64,000 bases of DNA from Coriobacteriales bacterium (lineage in GTDB: Bacteria > Actinomycetota > Coriobacteriia > Coriobacteriales > UMGS124): NCBI GenBank assembly GCA_048173955.1, contig DBEYOB010000022.1, forward strand, positions 7,048-71,047, written 5' to 3'. This document shows, in pieces, positions 7,301 through 16,040 of the stretch (its first letter is position 1; each line of letters opens with the position of its first letter). The notes below the pieces were generated by a model. That model was not told where the DNA came from and ran no database searches. It saw only the letters and a list, made by a program, of their open reading frames with translations. A program made the position numbers and the translations under genes.

Positions 7301-8821
7301 ATGGGGGTTGAGATGGGGGAGCAGCTCAGGGAAGGCCCTGGCGGTATGGTGGGCGGGGCGGGGGGCGAGGGCCTGTTCCGCCGTGTTTGCGGACCGTATG
7401 TCCCCGCCCTGTTCGGCCTCTGCTTCGCCCTGGCGTTTCCCATCCTGTTCATGGGGCGCACCGCTCTGGGTGCCCGCTCTCTCGGCTCGGCATCGATATA
7501 CGTGTTTTACACCGTATCGATCGCGGTGCACGTCTGCGTTGCCGTTCGTTCGCGAAGGGGCTTTTCCTTTGCGGGGCGCATGCCGCTCCTCGCTGTGGCG
7601 ACCGCGGCGTGCGTCACGGGGGCGGTTCTGGTCATGCTGTCCATAGGCCTGCCGGGCAGGGTTGCTGCCGGCGTGCTTTTCCTTGTTGGCACGCCGCTTG
7701 CCTCCGCGGGCATCAGCCTGCTTATGCTCGCCTGGTACGAGCAGCTTGCCCGCTTGAGTATCGACTACGCGATGCTCTACTACATTGCGGCCGCGCTCGT
7801 TGCCGGGCTGCTGCGCCTTGTCCAGTTCTTTGCCCCTCTTGTCTCGGGGGCGGCCGGCGTCGTTGCGGACGCCTGCATATGCTGCCTGCCCGCCTTTGCC
7901 TTCGCCTGTTTCGCCGTCGGCTCGCGCAAGGTGGCCGGCCTGCCCTATGCGGCCGGCGAGCAGGTGAGTCCTCGTTGGGAGTTTCCCCAGCAGCCGGTGC
8001 TGCTCCTGGTCGTCTTCTACCTGGCTGCCAAGTTCTCGCTCAACCTGATCAGCGAGGACGACAAAGGCTACAGCGCCGTGGCCAATATCGCGTGTTACGG
8101 AATTCTGCTCGCCGTCGTTGTCATGGGGTTCAAGCGGTTCCCCTATCGGGCTATTCGCTATGCCGTGCTGCCACTTATGCTGGCTGGCATGCTGTGCCAG
8201 CTCAACGGTCCCGGCATGGCGGTGGCGGGTGCGGTGGCCACGCGTGCGGCGCAGGAGTTGCTGCTGGCGTTTGTGGTGTCGCTTCTGTTCGACCTGTCGT
8301 ATCGACGTGGTGTCAATGCTCTGTGGGTCTTTGGTCTCACCCTGGCTTGTGGCAATGCGGGCACCTTGGCCGCCAATCTTTTGACGGTGGAACTTGCCGG
8401 GTGGCTTGCCGCCGAGGGCGCGACGCGTCTGGCGGTGTCCGTGCTCATCGTGGTGGTGACGGTGGCGTTCATGGCGCTTGCCTCGGAGCGCAACCTTGCA
8501 GGCACCTGGGGTATCAAACCGTCCGATGCCCCGAAGGGGAATGCGCACTCTCCGAGCCTTGCCGAGCTTTGCTCGCGCGCGGCACGTCTCTACGACTTGA
8601 CCCGCCGTGAGGAGGACGTGCTGCTCATGCGTCTTGAGGGAGCCTCGCTCAAAGAGGTGGAGGAGCGGCTTTGCATTGCGCATAACACGGTGAAGAGCCA
8701 TGTGCGCCACATCTATGCCAAGCTTGGGGTGACGGGCGTCGAGGAGGCACGCGCGGTGGTCGAGGGACGCGAACACAAAACCGAGGTGGCTGACACTAAG
8801 TCGACATGCCGTACAGGATGA
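7301..8821 (+). CDS. Polytopic-membrane LuxR-family transcriptional regulator
   Basis: About 10-12 hydrophobic segments followed by a C-terminal LuxR/GerE HTH (LTRREEDVLLMRLEGASLKEVEERLCIAHNTVKSHVRHIYAKLGV). It is divergent from reductase 5094..7085. The start is uncertain (7301 or 7313). Confidence 0.8.
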   Translation: MGVEMGEQLREGPGGMVGGAGGEGLFRRVCGPYVPALFGLCFALAFPILFMGRTALGARSLGSASIYVFYTVSIAVHVCVAVRSRRGFSFAGRMPLLAVATAACVTGAVLVMLSIGLPGRVAAGVLFLVGTPLASAGISLLMLAWYEQLARLSIDYAMLYYIAAALVAGLLRLVQFFAPLVSGAAGVVADACICCLPAFAFACFAVGSRKVAGLPYAAGEQVSPRWEFPQQPVLLLVVFYLAAKFSLNLISEDDKGYSAVANIACYGILLAVVVMGFKRFPYRAIRYAVLPLMLAGMLCQLNGPGMAVAGAVATRAAQELLLAFVVSLLFDLSYRRGVNALWVFGLTLACGNAGTLAANLLTVELAGWLAAEGATRLAVSVLIVVVTVAFMALASERNLAGTWGIKPSDAPKGNAHSPSLAELCSRAARLYDLTRREEDVLLMRLEGASLKEVEERLCIAHNTVKSHVRHIYAKLGVTGVEEARAVVEGREHKTEVADTKSTCRTG

Positions 8822-9195
8822 TCGGCTCCCCGTCAGCCCGTTAAATGGCCGTTTGGCTGCCAATTGCACGTTGCCGAAGAATTACCGGTGGTCAAACTTT
8901 GCCGCACGAATGACCGGCATTTTCCGTGGATGCGCATTCGACCGAAAGCCGACCGCCTCTCGCGCTTCCGCGTTTCTGCGCACCCCGCGCCGCCGTGTGC
9001 GTCCTGCCAGTTTGTCCCTGAAAACCGCGCGGTTTTGGGGAATCGCCCGGACGCGCCGTCTGCCGGCGCTATGGTGACGCTCGCGGTACGCATCGGGCCC
9101 GCACGATTCTTGCAACCGTACGGGCCCGACAGCGGGGGCGGCCCGGGACTTCCGGCCCCGCCTCTCCGCCTTTCGCTTTGCGCCTGCGGCGCCTC

Positions 9196-11682
9196 CTACA
9201 GCGCGCGGGCGACGAGGTTCGCGTTGGTCACGGCGCGCTGGATGTTCCAGGGCTCGGCGCAGTCGCCCACGGCGTGCACCTCATAGCCGGCCGCCGTCAG
9301 CTCGTCCGCCAGGGCGGTGTTCGCCACGACGTCGCAGCCCTCCACCACGGTGTCGCACGGCACGACGACCTCGGCGCCCGATGCATCGGTGATGGACAGG
9401 CCGCCATCCACCACGCCGTTGACCGTGGCGCTGTTGTAGACCTTGACGCCGTTCACCACGAGCTGGGCGAGCGCGTACTTGCGGATCCAGCCGGACTGCT
9501 GGGCGTCCAGGTCGTCGAACGTCGACCCGTGCACGAGCGCGACCTGCTTGCCCATGGCCTGCAGGCGCAGGGCCATGTCGGTCGCTTGCAGGCTGCCGCC
9601 CAGCAGCGCGACGCTGCCGCCGCAGCGGCACCCCGCTGCGCTCTCGAAGGGGATGACCTGCACGGCGTCGCTGCCTTCGAGCAGGCCTTCCTGGCGCGCG
9701 CCGCCGGTCGCCACGACGATGGCGTCGGGCGCGACGGAGGCGACCAGCCCGGCGTCGACCGCGGTGCCCGTCTCCACCGTCACGCCGGCGAGCTCGAGCT
9801 GGCGGGTCAGGTAGGCGCGGTAGTCCTCGAGGCGCTCGTGGTCGCCCTTGACGCCCTGGGCGAACGACAGGCTGCGCCCGAGCAGGGGCTGCGCCTCATA
9901 GAGGGTCACGCTGTGGCCGCGCTGCGCGGCGATGCGCGCGGCCTCCATGCCGGCGGGGCCGCCGCCAATCACCATGACGTTGCGGGGCGTCTCGGCGGGC
10001 ACCGGGTCGAAGCCCTCGGGCATCGCCTCGAGGTACGCGTGGCGCCAGGCGGCGCTGACGCGACACGACGAGGTGAACCTGCGGCTCGTGGATATGTTGT
10101 CGTGGCAGTGGAAGCAGCGCGTGCAAGGCATGGCCTCGTCGCGGCGGCCCTCCTGCAGCTTGTTGGGCAGCTCGGGGTCGACGTTGAGCGGGCGGTTCAT
10201 GTAGACCAGGTCGACCTTGCCGTCGGCCACGGCCTGGTTGATGAGGTCGGGCGCGGTGCGTGGGTCCATGTAGCCGGCGCAGCCCACGGGGACGCTCACG
10301 GCCTCCTTGATGGCGGTCGCCATGGGGATGAAGGCGCCCACGCCCGAGTGCGTCCCGTCCTCCAGCCCCTCGAAGGCGACGTCATAATCGAACAGGTGGC
10401 CGAAGCCGTCGACGCCGTCGGCGTGCCAGGCGAAGTGGTTGGTGTCGGGCGCCCAGCAGTTGGCCTCCTGGCCGGGGGTGCCCACGCGCACCTGGATGGC
10501 GTCGGTGCCCGCCGCCTCGAGGATTTGGGCGATCTGACGGGTCTCCTCGATGGAGAGGCAGGTCGGGTCGGTGCCGGGGGCGTTGTCGTACTCCTCGACG
10601 GCGTTGATGAGCGTCAGGACGACGAAGTCCTCGCCGCAGGCCTCCTTGACGGCGCGGATCATGTCGGTGAAGAACTTGCAACGGCTCTCGATGGTCTGGG
10701 GGCCGTACTCGTCTTCGCGCTGGTTCTTGCGGCGCGAGAGGAACGCGTTGAGGCCGTCCTGCGTGGCACCCTTGATCTCGATGGCGTCGCCGCCGGCCGC
10801 CTGGAAGCGCTGGGCAGCCGCCGCGACCTCGGCCACGTGGGCCTGGATGGTCTCGATGCTGTCCTCGTTCACGGTGGGCTCGCCGACCGGGCCGCCGTAG
10901 CTCACCTGCAGGCCGACGTAGGCGCCGCCCTGGTGGATGCGGTCGACGAGCGTCGCGGCGGTCGCGATGCCCTCCTCGACCGTCATGCCCTCGGCGGGAA
11001 CCTCGCCGGGCCCGATGCCCAGGTTGTCGAAGGCGCCGGCAAGCACGATCATGGCCACGCCGCCGTCGGCCATCTTGGCGTACAGGTCGAAGGCAACCGG
11101 GTTGATGCCCTCGTACTCGTCGGGCGACCAGGGGCTCGAGCCGGCCGACTTGATGATGCGGTTGCGCAGGGTGAGCGAGCCGATCTGGATGGGCTCGAAC
11201 AGGGCCGAGTAGTCGGTGGTGCAGGCGTCGTACGACTCGTCCTGCGGGGTGAGGGGCAGGTTGCGGAAGGCGTCCAGGCCGAGCGCCTGGAGCCAGCAGT
11301 CCTCGACGCCGTCGACGATGGCCTTGGTGCAAATGCTCGCGCCCGTGACGGCGTCGACTCCCTGGGTTCTGCCGGCCGCGGCGACGGCCTCGCAGTACGC
11401 GGCGCACGCGTCGGCAAGGGGGGTGAAGTAGTCGTTGTCCGACGTCTTGACGACCTTGTAGCCCACCGACGTCAGTTTGCCGTCCTCGAACGAGCAGGTG
11501 ACGACGACGTCGGCGTAGCCGGTGGTCTGGGCGCTCTCGTAGGTGCCCTGCGCCGCCCCGGAGGCTGCCGGCGCGGCCTCGTCGGCCACGGCGCTGTCCG
11601 CCCCGGCCGCAAGGGCCGACCCGATGACGCCGAGGGCCGCCGCCTTCACGAGGTTCCTGCGGGTAATCTCTGCAACTGCCAT
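9196..11682 (-). CDS. Tat-signal three-module flavoenzyme: FMN_bind + Old-Yellow-Enzyme/2,4-dienoyl-CoA-reductase-like TIM barrel with Cys cluster + FAD/NAD(P) Rossmann domain
   Basis: Start is MAVAEITRRNLVKAAALGVIGSALAAGA (RR signal, RBS aggagaaagg). FMN_bind motif is GVDAVTGASICT. OYE-like IQIGSLTLRNRIIKSAG. Cys cluster CTRCFHC-x13-C. Rossmann motif VMVIGGGPAGMEAARIAAQRGHSVTLYE. Confidence 0.88.
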   Translation of the reverse strand: MAVAEITRRNLVKAAALGVIGSALAAGADSAVADEAAPAASGAAQGTYESAQTTGYADVVVTCSFEDGKLTSVGYKVVKTSDNDYFTPLADACAAYCEAVAAAGRTQGVDAVTGASICTKAIVDGVEDCWLQALGLDAFRNLPLTPQDESYDACTTDYSALFEPIQIGSLTLRNRIIKSAGSSPWSPDEYEGINPVAFDLYAKMADGGVAMIVLAGAFDNLGIGPGEVPAEGMTVEEGIATAATLVDRIHQGGAYVGLQVSYGGPVGEPTVNEDSIETIQAHVAEVAAAAQRFQAAGGDAIEIKGATQDGLNAFLSRRKNQREDEYGPQTIESRCKFFTDMIRAVKEACGEDFVVLTLINAVEEYDNAPGTDPTCLSIEETRQIAQILEAAGTDAIQVRVGTPGQEANCWAPDTNHFAWHADGVDGFGHLFDYDVAFEGLEDGTHSGVGAFIPMATAIKEAVSVPVGCAGYMDPRTAPDLINQAVADGKVDLVYMNRPLNVDPELPNKLQEGRRDEAMPCTRCFHCHDNISTSRRFTSSCRVSAAWRHAYLEAMPEGFDPVPAETPRNVMVIGGGPAGMEAARIAAQRGHSVTLYEAQPLLGRSLSFAQGVKGDHERLEDYRAYLTRQLELAGVTVETGTAVDAGLVASVAPDAIVVATGGARQEGLLEGSDAVQVIPFESAAGCRCGGSVALLGGSLQATDMALRLQAMGKQVALVHGSTFDDLDAQQSGWIRKYALAQLVVNGVKVYNSATVNGVVDGGLSITDASGAEVVVPCDTVVEGCDVVANTALADELTAAGYEVHAVGDCAEPWNIQRAVTNANLVARAL

Positions 11683-11978
11683 GAACGTTCCCTTTCTCCT
11701 GGATGCACGCCGCACGGACGCCCCTGCCCCGCCGCACGGCTGCGCTCGGACGTCCCCATGGTGCCCGCCTCGGCCCGGCGACGTGGTACAGAAAACGGCC
11801 TATAGGGGCGGCCGGCGGGTGCCTATTTTTTCTGGTCCGGCATCTACCTGGCATTTTGCGCCCGACCGGTACGAGCCTCCCGTCTGCCTTCGCCGCCCTT
11901 CGGCGCGCTCCGGCGCGTTTTGGCGCATCAACCGCTACAATGGCAGGCGTGGGATTCGAGACGCGGGGGGTGCTGTGC

Positions 11979-13484
11979 ATGGCGGGTGACGATGTGTCAA
12001 AGACTTGGCGCCTGCCGTCGGTCAAGGTCGTCGGCTCGAGCCTTTCGGTGGCTTTTCTCGGCTATGCGCTTGTGACGTGCTGGTCGTCGTCGACCAATGG
12101 GATCAGCTGCGCGGGCGACCTGTCCGACCCCGCCTCGCTCTTCGCGGTGCTGGTGACGCTCTTCGACGCGCTGGCGCTGGTGTGCGCGGCGTGCCTGAGC
12201 TCGCGGATTGGGTCGCTGCGCTCGGGCCGCCGTGTCCCCGCGATTGCCGGGCTTGTGGTGGCCGCCTCGGTGCTCGCCGGGTTGGTCGACGCGGCCCCGG
12301 TCCCGGTAGCGGTGCTCGCGGTCGCCGCGCTTGTCACGGGTGCGGCGAAGGCCCTCGCAGTGCTCGTGTGGATGGAGGCGTTCTGTACGCTCAACCTGCG
12401 CGGCGCATGCGTCGCCTTCGTCGCTGCCTACCTGTTCAGCAAAGTTCTCGGTGCCGTGCCCCCGTTGACGGGCGATCTCGTCGAGCGCGCGCTCTTTGCC
12501 GTCGCCGGGGCGGTGGGCGTGCTGGCGGTGTCGTACGCGACGAGCTCCGACGGGCCGGCGTCCGAGGCGGAGGGGGACGCCGGGGCGCGCCGCTGGAGCT
12601 TTCCGCTCCACCCGACCCTGCTCATGGGCGTCTACTCCTTTGCGTACTCGTTTGTGCTCGACGCCGGGTTCGGCCGGATGCCGGGCGCCATCGACCAGGA
12701 GTACGCCGGCCTGGCCGTGCGCCTCCTGGTCCTGGCGGCCATGGTGCTGCTGTTTGCACGCTTCGACGTGAAGGTCCTGAGCGTCGCCTCCGCGCCGATC
12801 GTGTGCGCCGGCCTGCTCTGTACGACGGGCTCGTTCGGCTGGGCGGCCCCGGCGGCGACGGTCCTGGTGGCCCTCGGGTTCTACTGTATGTCGACCTTTA
12901 TCTACCTGTTGCTGTTCAACATCTCGTTCCGCTACGGCGTGAACCCCCTGTGGCTGTTCGGGTTCTCACGCGCGGCCCGCGCCGTGAGCACCCTGTGCGC
13001 GGGCTTTGCCGTGACCGGCCTGGAGATCGAGGGTCCCGGGCCTGCGTGCGACGTGTTGGCCGGCGTCCTGCTGGTCGTCATTGTCGCCGCGGCGGTGACG
13101 CTTGCCGCGGGGAAGGGCTTCGCGACGACGTGGGGCATCCGCCCGATCGAGGACGGGGCCGCGGAGGACGACGCCCCCGCGCGGCAGGGAGGCCGGGGGC
13201 GTTCGCTGCTGCTGTCCGGCGAGGCGTTCGACGATCGGCTGTCGTACATCGCCTACGTCTGGGGCCTCACCAAGCGCGAGGAGGAGGTCCTGGGGCTGCT
13301 CGCGCGCGGCATGGGCGTGCCCGACATCGAGCGCGAGCTGCTCATCTCGAACGGTACGGTGCGCAACCACGTGCAGCATGTCTACAAGAAGCTCGGCCTG
13401 CACTCGCGCGACGACGTGCGGGCGTTCATGGCGGACCCGGACGCGTGGGGCGACAAGGCTTCCGCGGCGGTCGACGGGGCATGA
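11979..13484 (+). CDS. Polytopic-membrane LuxR-family transcriptional regulator
   Basis: Multiple TM segments, then LTKREEEVLGLLARGMGVPDIERELLISNGTVRNHVQHVYKKLGL. It is divergent from 9196..11682. Start is ATG 11979 (G-rich RBS 8 nt upstream); 11940 is an alternative. Confidence 0.8.
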   Translation: MAGDDVSKTWRLPSVKVVGSSLSVAFLGYALVTCWSSSTNGISCAGDLSDPASLFAVLVTLFDALALVCAACLSSRIGSLRSGRRVPAIAGLVVAASVLAGLVDAAPVPVAVLAVAALVTGAAKALAVLVWMEAFCTLNLRGACVAFVAAYLFSKVLGAVPPLTGDLVERALFAVAGAVGVLAVSYATSSDGPASEAEGDAGARRWSFPLHPTLLMGVYSFAYSFVLDAGFGRMPGAIDQEYAGLAVRLLVLAAMVLLFARFDVKVLSVASAPIVCAGLLCTTGSFGWAAPAATVLVALGFYCMSTFIYLLLFNISFRYGVNPLWLFGFSRAARAVSTLCAGFAVTGLEIEGPGPACDVLAGVLLVVIVAAAVTLAAGKGFATTWGIRPIEDGAAEDDAPARQGGRGRSLLLSGEAFDDRLSYIAYVWGLTKREEEVLGLLARGMGVPDIERELLISNGTVRNHVQHVYKKLGLHSRDDVRAFMADPDAWGDKASAAVDGA

Positions 13485-13545
13485 GCCGGCGGAGCCCGGG
13501 GCGCCGTCGATGTGCAACGGGTTGACCGGGACGATGCGGGCTTCG

Positions 13546-15318
13546 CTACCCCTCCAGCCACACCTTGTCGAGCACAGCGGCGTTGTCGGGGCGGAAGTAC
13601 AGGTTGTGCACGCGGCTCGACGCCACGCAGCTATGCCGGTAGAACAGCAGCGGCACCACGGGGAAATCCTCCGCGAGGATGGCGTTGGCCTGCTGGTAGC
13701 CCGCGGTGCGCTCATCGGCGTCGAGCAGCTGCGCGGCGGCCAGGAACGTGTCGTCGAACTCGGGGTTCGAGTAGAACGACCAGTTGCCGCCCGTCCCGGT
13801 GCGGAACAGGTCGTTGAAGACGTAGTACGGCGACGGTACGAACCCGACCCAGCCGAGGCGCCCGAACTGGTAGTTGCCGCTCTCGAGCGCGTCGAGGTAG
13901 GTGGCCCACTCCTGCGTCTGCACCTGCGCGTCCACGCCGAGGCGCGCCAGGTCGGCCTGCACCATGAGCAGGATTGCCTCGTTCGAGGAGCCGGGGTTGC
14001 AGCCCAGCGTGATCGAGAGGCCGCGGCTGCCGTTCTCGTCGGCGGGGTAACCGGCCATGTCGAAATGCTCCGCCGCCTTGGCGTCGTCGTTGGTCGCGGG
14101 GCAGTGGGCCCACCCGCCCGCCTCGTAGCCGGGCATGATCGGCGTGAGCATGTTGTCGGCGGGAAGGCGCGTGCCCTGCATCACGGTGTCGCAGATTGCC
14201 TGGCGGTTGATGGCGTACGACATGCCGATGCGCACGTCCTTGTTCCCGGCGACCTCGTCGTCGAGGTTGCACAGGATGTAGTAGGTCGAGTTCTCGTCGC
14301 CGGTGAACGTCTGCTGTCCGGGGTTGGCGACGTAGCCGTTGTCGCCCGCCTCGCCGAACTGCGCGACGGTCGCCTCGAACAGGCCCGACGGGATGAACGT
14401 GTAGTCGAGGTTGCCGGCCTGGAACTCGGTCCAGGCGGTCTGGTCGTCGCTGAACACCTGGAAGTCGACCCCGTCGAGGAACGGCTTGTCGCCCCAGTAC
14501 CCGTCGAAGCGCTTGACGCGGATGTATTGGCCGTCGACCCACTCGCCGTCCATCATGAACGGGCCGTTGCCGATCGGGGCGATGCGGAAGGCTTGGAAGT
14601 CCTCCTCGGTGTCGGTGCATCCGGCGGGGACCGGGGCGGTCACCACGTCGGCGCACACGGCGTCGAACTCGGCGAACGGGAAGGCCAGGTTCACGACGAG
14701 CGTGTAGTCGTCGGGACATTCGACGTCGAGCTCGTCCGCCGTGCCCGCCATCATCTCGGTCGCTCCTTTGACCTGCTCGATCTTGTAGCCGACCGCCGAG
14801 GGGGCGGGCTTGAAGTCCGCGCGGCAGATGCGCTCCCACGCGTACTTGTAGTCGTGCGAGGTGACCGGCTGCCCGTTGTGGAACGTCGCGTCCTGGCGCA
14901 GGTGGAACGTGTACTGCGTGGCGTCCTCGTTGACCTCGTAGCTCTCGCACGCCTGCGGCACGACGCGGTTGTTCGCATAGTCGTAGCGGGTCAGCGTGTC
15001 GAAGAGGTTCGAGGCGATCTGGATGCCGTGGTTCTCCTCCGCGCCGAACGGCTCGATGGCGCCGGGGTTGGCGACGTACCACTTGAGGATGCCGCCCGCA
15101 ACGGCGCCATCGGTGTTCTCGCCATACGGGGCAACCTGGGCGTCCGCGGTGTCGGCGGCATCCGCCCCCGTGGCCTCTTCGGCGGGCTCCGCGTCGGCGA
15201 ATGCGGATCGGGTGCGCGCCCCAAGGGCGAGGGCCGCTGCGGTTGCGGCAGCGCCGGCGAGGAAGGTTCTGCGGGAAAGGTCGGCACGGGCGAAGCTGGT
15301 CGATGCGGACGTGCACAT
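13546..15318 (-). CDS. Family-5 (peptide/nickel/opine-type) ABC substrate-binding protein with twin-arginine-type signal; no cognate permease nearby
   Basis: Start is MCTSASTSFARADLSRRTFLAGAAATAAALALG with RBS aaggagg. Body motifs (YVANPGAIEPFGAEENHG, FHNGQPVTSHDYKYAWER, RVKRFDGYWG, GWVGFVPSPYYVF) are typical of SBP_bac_5. Confidence 0.85.
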   Translation of the reverse strand: MCTSASTSFARADLSRRTFLAGAAATAAALALGARTRSAFADAEPAEEATGADAADTADAQVAPYGENTDGAVAGGILKWYVANPGAIEPFGAEENHGIQIASNLFDTLTRYDYANNRVVPQACESYEVNEDATQYTFHLRQDATFHNGQPVTSHDYKYAWERICRADFKPAPSAVGYKIEQVKGATEMMAGTADELDVECPDDYTLVVNLAFPFAEFDAVCADVVTAPVPAGCTDTEEDFQAFRIAPIGNGPFMMDGEWVDGQYIRVKRFDGYWGDKPFLDGVDFQVFSDDQTAWTEFQAGNLDYTFIPSGLFEATVAQFGEAGDNGYVANPGQQTFTGDENSTYYILCNLDDEVAGNKDVRIGMSYAINRQAICDTVMQGTRLPADNMLTPIMPGYEAGGWAHCPATNDDAKAAEHFDMAGYPADENGSRGLSITLGCNPGSSNEAILLMVQADLARLGVDAQVQTQEWATYLDALESGNYQFGRLGWVGFVPSPYYVFNDLFRTGTGGNWSFYSNPEFDDTFLAAAQLLDADERTAGYQQANAILAEDFPVVPLLFYRHSCVASSRVHNLYFRPDNAAVLDKVWLEG

Positions 15319-15604
15319 GGCAAACCTCCTTATGTCGCATGATGCGCCCCGGCATGCAATCTTCGGGACCCTTCGCGACGCCGTCGCGGGACGTCCGATG
15401 CCGGGTGGTTTGCGCACGTATTATCCGACAACGACCGTTGTCGGCGCCATGGCGCGCCGGATGGGTCCGGGTGAGCGGCATAAAGCGGGCGGCATAAAGG
15501 CGCCCGGCGGCAGGGCGGCGCAGATGGCCGTCCCGCCGCCGGGCTTCAGGGGTCGTGCTTCGAGTTGGGCCCGACCGCGCGTGTGATTGGGCCCTGTGGG
15601 CCTC

Positions 15605-15883
15605 CTACATCCCGCTCGACCCGCGGTCGGGCTGGGCGGCGACGAGGATGCCCAGGATGACCGGCGTGGTGAAGAGGCCGATGAACCAGAGCTTGCCGCT
15701 GCCGAAGGGGCATCCCTTGGCGCGCGCCGTCTTGACGAGCGAGCTGATGGCCATGAAGTAGGCCACGATGAAGCAGATGAACACCGCAAGACCGATGATC
15801 AGGCTCACGATGCCCGCCCCCGCGATGAATCCGCCGAGGACGTCGGCGCCGCTGGAGTCGAAGTTGTAATAGTACTCGTGCAT
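15605..15883 (-). CDS. Small hypothetical membrane protein (92 aa, 2-3 TM)
   Basis: Start is MHEYYYNFDSS with RBS gggagg. Hydrophobic segments include GGFIAGAGIVSLIIGLAVFICFIVAYFMAI and LWFIGLFTTPVILGILVAA. No recognisable family. Confidence 0.55.
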   Translation of the reverse strand: MHEYYYNFDSSGADVLGGFIAGAGIVSLIIGLAVFICFIVAYFMAISSLVKTARAKGCPFGSGKLWFIGLFTTPVILGILVAAQPDRGSSGM

Positions 15884-16040
15884 GGTTGCCTCCCGTGCTC
15901 GTGTCTGTGGTGGAAACCGACAGCTGATGCCGTCCCGCCGCACAGGGCGGGATACTGCAGATTATAGGGAGGATGGCGATGCTGACGGAGTAGAAAGGCG
16001 AATATCTGCCACGGAGTCCCAAATGACAGCGATATACAGG

